15,316 nt of DNA from a bacterium (GTDB lineage Bacteria > Zhuqueibacterota > Zhuqueibacteria > Oceanimicrobiales > Oceanimicrobiaceae): assembly GCA_046757165.1 (NCBI GenBank), contig JBHHXT010000109.1, positions 1 to 15,316 of the forward strand, written 5' to 3'. The notes under the pieces are model-generated. The model did not search any database. It saw only the letters and a program-made list of their open reading frames with translations, and was not told the DNA's origin. Shown piece by piece: positions 1 to 7,327 of the stretch. The first letter of the stretch is position 1; each line of letters opens with the position of its first letter. Both the position numbers and the translations under genes were made by a program.

Positions 1-57
1 GAAAAGCTGAAGCTTTTCACTCCGGCTTGAAAACGGCGTGCAATGCTTCAGCATTGC
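1..57. repeat. Inverted pair of REP-like hairpins (REPIN/BIME-like doublet)
   Basis: Perfect 8-bp stems GAAAAGCT-GA-AGCTTTTC (1-18) and GCAATGCT-TC-AGCATTGC (40-57). The reverse complement of 1-23 (GGAGTGAAAAGCTTCAGCTTTTC) aligns with 35-57 (GGCGTGCAATGCTTCAGCATTGC). Confidence 0.7.
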
Positions 58-88
58 GACACATAAAACATCAACATGGAGGAAGGTT

Positions 89-937
89 ATGGAGGTTGCA
101 AAACCAATCACTTTTCGTCAGGCCAGGGAGTTCAGCGAAATTGTCAACATCACGTTTTCATTCATCCGGCAAAACTTCTTGCACCTTGGCAAGTGTATCC
201 TGTTTATCGTGGGTCCGCTCATCCTTTTAGACAGCATCCTTTTTGCGCGCTGGTACCAGCAAGCGCTCACGTTTGAAAGCAATCCGGACCTGAGTTCGTT
301 CTACACCGGTTATTTTTTTAACTTGCTGTTCGGCGCAGTGACGTTCACGATTCTGGCTGCGGTTATCTACGAGTATATTGCGCTTTACATGGAGAAAGGA
401 AGGGAGACATTCGAGGTCGGAGAGGTCTTGCGCGCCGTATTACGCGATCTTGGGAAATTTGTCGTGGCCGTGATCCTGGGAGGTTTGGCTGTGATCGCCG
501 GCTACTTCTTGTGCGTCCTGCCCGGCATTTACCTGGGGATTGCGTTTTCATTGGCCCTGGTCATTGTGGCCCTGGAACAAAAGGATGGGTTTGCAGCCCT
601 GTCGAGATCCAAGGACCTGATCACAGGGAATTGGTGGCAGACGTTTGGCCTGATCCTGGTCATCGCGGTGATCCAGATGGCTTTGTCGATGGTTTTCTAC
701 GTGCCATTCTATGTGATTCTCGTCATCATCGGTCTCAATAGCGCTGACCCGGAAATGATGCAATCCAGCTTGCACTCTTATCTGCTCTTTCTGACTATGG
801 CGATCATGGTCGGCGCTTATCTCTTGCACACTCTGCAGGTCGTGGCCATTGCCTTCCAATATTTCAACCTGGTCGAAAGGAAAGAAGGCACGGGTCTGCT
901 GCAGGAGATTGAGCAAATTGGAGGAGAACCTGCGTGA
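89..937 (+). CDS. Multi-pass membrane protein of the type found in MoxR/DUF58/DUF4129/DUF4350 operons (282 aa)
   Basis: ATG at 89 follows GGAGGAAGG (78-86). About 6 hydrophobic segments. Motifs FRQAREFSEI, ALSRSKDLITGNWWQTFG and FQYFNLVERKEG are typical of this family. The stop overlaps the next ATG (TGATG). Confidence 0.8.
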   Translation: MEVAKPITFRQAREFSEIVNITFSFIRQNFLHLGKCILFIVGPLILLDSILFARWYQQALTFESNPDLSSFYTGYFFNLLFGAVTFTILAAVIYEYIALYMEKGRETFEVGEVLRAVLRDLGKFVVAVILGGLAVIAGYFLCVLPGIYLGIAFSLALVIVALEQKDGFAALSRSKDLITGNWWQTFGLILVIAVIQMALSMVFYVPFYVILVIIGLNSADPEMMQSSLHSYLLFLTMAIMVGAYLLHTLQVVAIAFQYFNLVERKEGTGLLQEIEQIGGEPA

Positions 938-1761
938 TGCTGGCCGAAGTCACGCGCACGGGCCGTGCCATTGTTTGGCTTTGTTTGCTTTGCTTGTTGC
1001 GAGGCGAAAGTCATGGGCTTGCAATGGCAACCCCTGCCGCCGGCAGTGAAAGTCTGGCCGAACCCCCCTTCCGCCTGGCCTCCGTGCCGGCTCAGGAACA
1101 AACAAACGGCGTGAGCTACGATTCATCCGGGGTCCGCATGCGCGCTGTTGCGCCCGCCAGGCTGGCGGTCTACCGCAACCATCCTGATTTCGATTACCGG
1201 CGCAAAAGGCCACAAGCCAAAACCTTCTGGCAAAAGCTCCACCTCTGGTGGATGTCGCTCATCTACCGGATTCTGGCCTCCAGGCCACTGCGTCCTTTCT
1301 GGAGGATATTGCCGTATGCCATCGTCACCGGGGCGTTCTTGCTGGTGGTGTCGCGGCTGCTGAAAAGCAATCTGGGCGGATTGTTCTATCAGAGCTCTGG
1401 CCGTGCGACCGGCACGCACGAGGCTGCCGATGAAAACATCCGAACCATGGATTTCCAGCAGTTGATCGAAGTAGCCATTCGGGAGAAACACTTCCGTCGG
1501 GCTATCCGGCTGCTCTATCTCAGCACGCTGAAAAAGCTCTCGCAAACGGGGCACATCGACTGGAAACTCGACAAGACCAATCACGATTATCTCATCGAGC
1601 TGGGTGCGGGCAGCATGGCGCAACCCTTTGCCGACTTGACCCGGTTGTTCGAATATATCTGGTATGGAGAATTCCAATTGGGCGAAAACGAATTTCTGAT
1701 CGCCCTGCAGAGATTCAGGGAATTTGATACGCTGTTTACCGCGCGGGAAGGTCAACCTTGA
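937..1761 (+). CDS. DUF4129-like membrane-anchored protein
   Basis: TGATG overlap at 935-939 (GTG at 934 is an alternative start). Signal-peptide-like N-terminus and a central TM segment. C-terminal FRRAIRLLYLSTL...IDWKLDKTNHDY...FEYIWYGEF matches DUF4129 proteins of MoxR operons. Confidence 0.8.
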   Translation: MLAEVTRTGRAIVWLCLLCLLRGESHGLAMATPAAGSESLAEPPFRLASVPAQEQTNGVSYDSSGVRMRAVAPARLAVYRNHPDFDYRRKRPQAKTFWQKLHLWWMSLIYRILASRPLRPFWRILPYAIVTGAFLLVVSRLLKSNLGGLFYQSSGRATGTHEAADENIRTMDFQQLIEVAIREKHFRRAIRLLYLSTLKKLSQTGHIDWKLDKTNHDYLIELGAGSMAQPFADLTRLFEYIWYGEFQLGENEFLIALQRFREFDTLFTAREGQP

Positions 1762-3047
1762 CGATCAAGAAATCAGACATCAAGTTCATGGCAGTCCTGG
1801 GGGTCCTCCTGGTCATAGCCACGGTGATGATCTTGAGCACCCCGGAGCCTGTTGACTGGTCATTCAGCTTTTCTCGGGACGATACGATTCCGTATGGCAA
1901 TCGTATTCTCAACGAGCTGCTGGCGGAGCTTTTTCCAGGGCAGGAGATACGCGTGAGCGAGCGGCCGCTTTACAACACCTTGACCGGCACAGATGTGGAA
2001 AGCCAACGCCACCTTATCAGAGAACGGCTGCAGGCGGCGACGCCAGAGCCTCCTGCAACCCGGTCCCTCGAGAGGCCTGAACGGCCTGCTGGCCTGGCGC
2101 CGCATTCCAGCCGGCAGGATACCAACTACATCATCATCAACAGCGCCTTCAATCCCGACGACCTGGATGTGCGGGAGCTGCTTCATTTCGTTGCGCGCGG
2201 CAACTCCGTTTTCATTGCAGCGCATGAGTTTTCGGGTGCGTTTGCCGACAGCATGGGCATCGAGACGGACGCCGAATTCGTCGTCCAGGACTCTGTGAGT
2301 CTGAATTTCGTCAACCCGGCGCTGCACGCTGCAGATGATTATGTTTATAGAAAGGGCACGGCCGACTTTTATTTCGACAGGTTTGACACCGCCAGCGCCG
2401 TCGTGCTGGGCATGAACAGTGAGCTGAAGGCCAATTTCATCCGCTGCGCTTTGAAAGAGGGGGAGGTTTATCTGCACACCGTTCCTCTGGCGTTCACCAA
2501 CTACAACCTCTTGTTTCGCAACAACGCCGAGGTCGTCTTCAAGGCGCTGTCCTATTTGCCCGTACAAGCGACGATCTGGGATGAGTACTACAAAGCCGGC
2601 AAAGGGTTGACCCGTACGCCTTTGCGCTTTGTCCTGAGCAAGCGACCGCTGAAGTGGGCGTATTTTGTGGCGATCAGCACGCTGATCGTATTCGTCATTT
2701 TCGAAGGCAAGCGGCGCCAGCGCATCATCCCGGTCGTCAAGCCGCTGGCGAACACGACGCTGGAATTTGTCGAAACCGTGGGCCGGCTTGCTTACCAGGA
2801 GCGCGACCACAAAAGAATGGCGGAAAAAAAGATCGCTTACTTCCTGGATTCTATTCGCACCCGTTTTCATGTCAAGACGAGTGAGCTTAGCGAGGGGTTT
2901 TGCGAAGCGGTCGCCGAGAGGTCAGGCGTGGCAGCAGAGCAGGTCAAAAAATTGATCGGAGAAATTCAAAAACTGCAGCAGCGCGAACAAATCACCGCCG
3001 CAGAACTGAGGCATTTGAATGACTCTATGGAACGATTCATCCGGTGA
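1758..3047 (+). CDS. DUF4350-like protein with N- and C-terminal TM segments
   Basis: TTG start overlaps the upstream TGA (ATG 1788 is an alternative). N-terminal TM followed by DWSFSFSRDDTIPYG, LLHFVARGNSVFIAA, WDEYYK, a second TM, then KRRQRIIPVVKPLANTTLEFVETVGRL. Lies directly upstream of moxR. Confidence 0.8.
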   Translation: MTIKKSDIKFMAVLGVLLVIATVMILSTPEPVDWSFSFSRDDTIPYGNRILNELLAELFPGQEIRVSERPLYNTLTGTDVESQRHLIRERLQAATPEPPATRSLERPERPAGLAPHSSRQDTNYIIINSAFNPDDLDVRELLHFVARGNSVFIAAHEFSGAFADSMGIETDAEFVVQDSVSLNFVNPALHAADDYVYRKGTADFYFDRFDTASAVVLGMNSELKANFIRCALKEGEVYLHTVPLAFTNYNLLFRNNAEVVFKALSYLPVQATIWDEYYKAGKGLTRTPLRFVLSKRPLKWAYFVAISTLIVFVIFEGKRRQRIIPVVKPLANTTLEFVETVGRLAYQERDHKRMAEKKIAYFLDSIRTRFHVKTSELSEGFCEAVAERSGVAAEQVKKLIGEIQKLQQREQITAAELRHLNDSMERFIR

Positions 3048-3084
3048 TTCCAGCCCATCGGATCATTGAGAAGGAGAAACCCCA

Positions 3085-4071
3085 ATGGCAGAAACCGTTA
3101 CGACCGATTTCACCAGCCGCATCGACCTCACCGGTCTGCAGCAAACCGTGGCAAGGATGAGCCAGGAGATCCACAAAATCATCGTCGGCCAGCAGCAGAT
3201 GATCGATGCCCTCATCGCTGCGCTGCTGGCCGATGGTCACGTCTTGCTGGAGGGCGTTCCCGGCATCGCCAAAACATTGACGGCTAAACTGCTCGCCAGA
3301 ACGGTCTCCGTTGGCTTTTCGCGCATCCAGTTCACGCCCGACTTGATGCCGTCAGATGTGCTGGGCACGTCCGTGTTCAACATGAAAAAATCCGACTTCG
3401 AGTTCAACAAAGGGCCGATTTTTTCCAATTTGATCTTGATCGACGAAATCAACCGCGCGCCGGCCAAAACTCAGGCAGCGTTGTTCGAGGTCATGGAAGA
3501 GCGGCAAGTGACCGTGGACGGCGTCACGCACACGATGGAGAAACCGTTTCTCGTCATTGCAACCCAGAATCCCATCGAACAGGAAGGAACCTATCGTTTG
3601 CCAGAGGCTCAAATCGACCGGTTCCTGTTCAAGATCGAAGTAGATTATCCTTCCTTCGAAGACGAGGCAAAATTCCTCACTGATTTTCACGCCAACAACA
3701 ACCAACACAGCTCGAGTCAAATCAGGCCGGTCTTGACCGCTGAAGAGTTGTTCGACTATCAGCAAAAAGTGCGGGCGCTCCTCATCGAAGAGCACCTGAT
3801 TCAATACATCGTGCGGATTGTGCACCAGACGCGCAACCATGCCGGCGTTTATCTGGGCGCCTCGCCGCGCGCCTCGCTGGCCATCATGATGGGCGCCAAA
3901 GCAATGGCAGCCATGCGTGGCCGGGACTTTGTGACTCCCGAAGACATCCAGCAGGTCACCTATCCCAGTTTGCGCCACAGACTTTTGCTCACGCCCGAGA
4001 AAGAAATGGAAGGGGTGCAGCCGGAAGATATCATCAAACAGATCGTCGAAAAAATCGAGGTGCCGCGATAA
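3085..4071 (+). CDS. moxR: MoxR-family AAA+ ATPase
   Basis: RBS AAGGAG at 3071-3076. Walker A GHVLLEGVPGIAKT, RIQFTPDLMPSD, Walker B LILIDEINRAPAKTQ, ATQNPIEQEGTYRLPEAQIDRF, GASPRA, RDFVTPED. Confidence 0.95.
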   Translation: MAETVTTDFTSRIDLTGLQQTVARMSQEIHKIIVGQQQMIDALIAALLADGHVLLEGVPGIAKTLTAKLLARTVSVGFSRIQFTPDLMPSDVLGTSVFNMKKSDFEFNKGPIFSNLILIDEINRAPAKTQAALFEVMEERQVTVDGVTHTMEKPFLVIATQNPIEQEGTYRLPEAQIDRFLFKIEVDYPSFEDEAKFLTDFHANNNQHSSSQIRPVLTAEELFDYQQKVRALLIEEHLIQYIVRIVHQTRNHAGVYLGASPRASLAIMMGAKAMAAMRGRDFVTPEDIQQVTYPSLRHRLLLTPEKEMEGVQPEDIIKQIVEKIEVPR

Positions 4072-5402
4072 TCCAGCTCCTGAAAAGTATCTATTTCGAG
4101 ACGCGCTTCTATTTCTGTCTCGTCGGTGTCGTCCTCCTGTTTGCGGCCGGCTTTGCGTGGCCGGTCTTGCTGCAACTGGCCAGGCCGGCGCTCTTTAGCT
4201 GCCTGCTGCTTTTGCTTCTGGACGTGTTCCTTTTGTTCCGCACCCCCAACGGCGTCGTGGCAGCACGTCAGACGGGCGACAAGCTCTCCAATGGCGATGA
4301 CAACGAGATTCAGGTGGTGGTGGAAAATGCGTATTCCTTTCGGATCGAGGTGGAGGTCATCGATGAGCTACCGCTACAATTTCAGATCCGCGACCAGACC
4401 TTTCGGTTCAGGCTTGCGGCCGGCGCTCAAAAGGCGTTCAGCTACTTCCTGAGACCCGTGCAGCGTGGCGAGCACCACTTCGGCGCGCTCAACGTCTATG
4501 CGGCCAGCCCATTTGGCCTGGCCCGCAAACGCTACTGCTTTGCGCAGGACACGGTGGTGCCGGTCTACCCGTCGTTTATTCAAATGCGTACCTACGAGCT
4601 GCTCGCCATCTCCAACCACCTCACGGAACTGGGCATCAAGAAGATTCGCCGCCTCGGCCACACCCTGGAGTTCGAGCACATCCGCGGCTATGTCGAAGGC
4701 GACGACTACCGCACCATCAACTGGCGCGCCACCGCACGCAAAGGCGACATTATGGTGAACCAGTACCAGGATGAAAAATCGCAGCAATTGTACAGCGTCA
4801 TCGATATGGGACGGGTGATGAAAATGCCGTTTGCGCGCATGAGTTTGCTCGACTATGCCATCAACGCCAGCCTGGTGATCGCCAACATCGCTCTGCGCAA
4901 GCATGACAAAGCCGGCATCATCACGTTCTCAGAAAAGGTGAATGCGGTGCTGCCTGCCGACCGCAAAGGGTCGCAACTCTCCAAAATTCTCGAGCTGCTC
5001 TACAACCAGAAGACCGGTTTTTTGGAATCAAATTTCGAGGCCCTGGCTGCGGTCATCGGGCAAAAGATTCGGCATCGCAGTCTGCTTCTGATTTTCACCA
5101 ACTTCGAGACGCTCTCTTCGCTGAAACGGCAGCTTCCCTGCCTCCGACGCCTGGCGCGGAGCCACCTGGTGGTGACGATCTTTTTTGAAAACACCGAGCT
5201 GAATGCCCTGCACCAAAAACGCGCAAAAAATACCGAAGAAATCTACATCAAGACCATTGCAGAAAAATTCGCGTTTGAAAAAAGACAGATCGTCAAAGAG
5301 CTGTCGCGCTATGGCATTCATGCCATTCTCACGGCGCCACAAAATTTGACGGCAAATACCATTAACAAATATCTCGAGCTGAAAGCACGAGGACTTATTT
5401 GA
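4068..5402 (+). CDS. DUF58 (vWA-like) MoxR partner with N-terminal TM hairpin; start probably non-canonical (ATA 4068 or CTG 4080)
   Basis: DUF58 core EFEHIRGYVEGDDYRTINWRATAR...VNQYQDE and a MIDAS-like VIDMGRVM. The frame is open upstream of the ORF-track TTG (4167) and encodes LKSIYFETRFYFCLVGVVLLFAAGFAWP. SD GAGGTG at 4057-4062. Confidence refers to the product; the start is less certain. Confidence 0.85.
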   Translation: MIQLLKSIYFETRFYFCLVGVVLLFAAGFAWPVLLQLARPALFSCLLLLLLDVFLLFRTPNGVVAARQTGDKLSNGDDNEIQVVVENAYSFRIEVEVIDELPLQFQIRDQTFRFRLAAGAQKAFSYFLRPVQRGEHHFGALNVYAASPFGLARKRYCFAQDTVVPVYPSFIQMRTYELLAISNHLTELGIKKIRRLGHTLEFEHIRGYVEGDDYRTINWRATARKGDIMVNQYQDEKSQQLYSVIDMGRVMKMPFARMSLLDYAINASLVIANIALRKHDKAGIITFSEKVNAVLPADRKGSQLSKILELLYNQKTGFLESNFEALAAVIGQKIRHRSLLLIFTNFETLSSLKRQLPCLRRLARSHLVVTIFFENTELNALHQKRAKNTEEIYIKTIAEKFAFEKRQIVKELSRYGIHAILTAPQNLTANTINKYLELKARGLI

Positions 5403-5406
5403 TGAG

Positions 5407-5434
5407 GTGAGACGTGAAACGTAAGAGGTGAAAT
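5407..5434. repeat. Degenerate heptamer tandem repeat filling the DUF58-RDD gap
   Basis: GTGAGAC GTGAAAC GTAAGAG GTGAAAT. It includes the RDD SD (GAGGTG) and overlaps the ATG. Confidence 0.5.
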
Positions 5435-6176
5435 GGAAACTGTACAAATCGACACCACGCAAAACGTCCAAATCGATTACCAGGTGGCGGGCCTTGGGGA
5501 CCGCATCCTGGCGGCCCTGTTCGATTACTTCATCCTTGCCGGGTATATCATTGGTGTGAGCCTGCTTATCTCCTCATTCGGCGGATTTGACAACGCCAGC
5601 TCTGAGGGGACGCTTGCAGTGACCACGATTATTCTTCTGCCCTACCTGCTGTACGATCTGTTGTGTGAAGTTTTGATGAACGGCCAGAGCTTCGGGAAGA
5701 AGCTTTTGAAAATCAAAGTCGCCAGGTTGGATGGCTCGCAGCCCGGCATCGGGGAGTATCTCCTGCGCTGGCTGTTGCGGTTCATCGATATCACCATGAT
5801 GTCCGGCGCGGTCGCCATCGTCACCATTCTGGTGAACGGCAAGGGCCAGCGCCTGGGGGATCTGGCCGCCGGCACCACCGTCATCAAGCTCGAGTCCGCA
5901 GTCAGACTCGAAGACACCATCTTGACGGAACTGGATGAGGACTATGAGCCCGTATTCCCACAAGCCCTGCAGCTCCATAGTCAAGACATTGCCACAATCA
6001 AGAGAGTCCTGCGCTTTCAGGTCAACGACCCCAAGATGGCAAATCATCTGCTTTACAAAACCAAACAGGCACTGGAAACAAAGATGGGGATCGAATCAGA
6101 GATGTCTGCTCCCGCCTTCCTGCAGACCGTGTTGAACGATTACAGTGCGTTGGTGATGAGACGGGATAGGGGCTGA
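5433..6176 (+). CDS. RDD-family membrane protein
   Basis: SD AGAGGTG. IDTTQNVQIDYQVAGLGDRILAALFD, NGQSFGKKLLKIKV, LRWLLRFID, QRLGDLAAGTTVI. Confidence 0.9.
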   Translation: METVQIDTTQNVQIDYQVAGLGDRILAALFDYFILAGYIIGVSLLISSFGGFDNASSEGTLAVTTIILLPYLLYDLLCEVLMNGQSFGKKLLKIKVARLDGSQPGIGEYLLRWLLRFIDITMMSGAVAIVTILVNGKGQRLGDLAAGTTVIKLESAVRLEDTILTELDEDYEPVFPQALQLHSQDIATIKRVLRFQVNDPKMANHLLYKTKQALETKMGIESEMSAPAFLQTVLNDYSALVMRRDRG

Positions 6177-6232
6177 GGAACGAATGGGTTGGAGAGTGCT
6201 TGCAAGCAGCGTTGGCTGGTTTGGCTGGATAG

Positions 6233-6440
6233 CTGGTTCCCAGGCTCCAGTTTGAACCCAGTATTTGACGCTCCGCGTCCCGAGCGCCGACCTCTGAGGC
6301 CGGAAAACGAGATTCAAGGCATGCCCAAATCCCCAGGGTCATTGTCTGTGTCTGGAACCGCTGGGCGTTTGACGCTTCGTGTCTAGTTACTCGACGCTGA
6401 GCGTCAATATTGGTTCCCACGCAGAGAGCATGGGAGCCAG
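6233..6440. repeat. Composite REP-like / non-autonomous inverted-repeat element between convergent genes
   Basis: Ends CTGGTTCCCA (6233-6242) and TGGGAGCCAG (6431-6440) are a 9/10 inverted match. Inner arms 6258-6279 and 6393-6413 are inverted matches, each with a GACGC-N3-GCGTC hairpin. A degenerate third hairpin lies at 6371-6383 and TCCCACGC-AGAGA-GCATGGGA at 6415-6435. Confidence 0.7.
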
Positions 6441-6451
6441 GTAGGTAGGTA

Positions 6452-7045
6452 TCAGTCTGTTTTAGGGGAAGGCGCCAATTCTCTTAATAACCTGGCCATC
6501 AAACGGCGGGCTCGACTCAGCCGGGACATGACGGTGTCAATTGGACACTGGAGCAAATCAGCAATCTCTTTGTACCTGAAGTCGTTGACATCAGATAGCA
6601 GGACCACCGTCCGGTATGGGTCTGGCAAGCGCTCCAATGCCGCGTGAATCTGATCCTCCGGCAATTTCTGGTATTCTTCGACGGAACCCTGGCCGGCGGT
6701 CGCAGCCAGGTCTGGGGCTTCCGTGGCCCCGCGCACGGTTGTCCGCAACACATCCGACCGGGTTTGGGCGGGTGCTCCTTGTTTGCGCCGTGACTCATGG
6801 CTGAAATTGGCGATCAGGATGCGAAAGATCCATGCCTTGAAGTTGGTGCCGGGCGTAAACCCGTGAAAGTGCCGGAAGGCCTTCAGGTAGGTGTTCTGAA
6901 CCAGGTCTTCCGCATCCAGGGGCTTTCTTGTCAATTTCACGGCGGTGTTGTATAGCGTGTCCAGTAATGGATAGGCCAGCGCTTCGAAATCCTCTGCCGC
7001 AGTCGAACTCTCTTCGGCTTCACTTTCTTGCGAACGGTTCTGCAT
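6452..7045 (-). CDS. ECF RNA polymerase sigma factor (SigH/SigR-like sequence), 197 aa
   Basis: ATG at 7045 with AGAGGA upstream. Region 2 DAEDLVQNTYLKAFRHFHGFTPGTNFKAWIFRIL and region 4 ALERLPDPYRTVVLL...YKEIADLLQCPIDTVMSRLSRAR. Confidence 0.9.
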   Translation of the reverse strand: MQNRSQESEAEESSTAAEDFEALAYPLLDTLYNTAVKLTRKPLDAEDLVQNTYLKAFRHFHGFTPGTNFKAWIFRILIANFSHESRRKQGAPAQTRSDVLRTTVRGATEAPDLAATAGQGSVEEYQKLPEDQIHAALERLPDPYRTVVLLSDVNDFRYKEIADLLQCPIDTVMSRLSRARRLMARLLRELAPSPKTD

Positions 7046-7249
7046 TCTTTGCTTCCTCTGGTGTGATGATGCCCGTTTCGTGGCGCGACAAAGTCGCTCA
7101 GGGAATTGTTCTTGCATCATATTGCAATAGATCAAAAACAATAACATAGGCGTCAAACATCCTTACTTATTTTAACCTGATCTAAAGAAAATGGTTTCTA
7201 CAAATGCTCACAAGTGGACAGGCTGGAGATGCTCGAGTGCCCGCAGGCA

Positions 7250-7300
7250 TCAGACAAATCAGGCCGCGATATCTGGCGGACCGTCAAATATCACGGCCTG
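7250..7300 (-). terminator. Long hairpin, probable intrinsic terminator or transcript-stabilising stem downstream of the peptidase gene
   Basis: 20-nt arms 7260-7279 and 7281-7300 with 3 mismatches. On the minus-strand RNA two of the three become G-U pairs, and the stem is followed by AUUUGUCU. It starts 27 nt after the peptidase stop. Confidence 0.6.
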
Positions 7301-7327
7301 GTAGTTCAAGAAATACTACGTCCTGAC

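Noticed and set aside
38..88. Upstream GTG start for the first membrane protein
   Set aside because: Lies in the REP-like hairpin. ATG 89 has a strong SD.
6022..6420. Short ORFs across the RDD-ECF gap as a possible anti-sigma factor
   Set aside because: No HxxxCxxC motif or TM segment. They are translations of the inverted-repeat element.
7046..7156. 37-aa N-terminal extension of the ECF sigma factor
   Set aside because: AT-rich regulatory-looking sequence. ATG 7045 has an SD and gives a normal ECF length.
7115..7156. Sigma70 promoter TTGACG...TATGAT on the minus strand upstream of the ECF gene
   Set aside because: The two hexamers are about 29 nt apart, far from 16-18.
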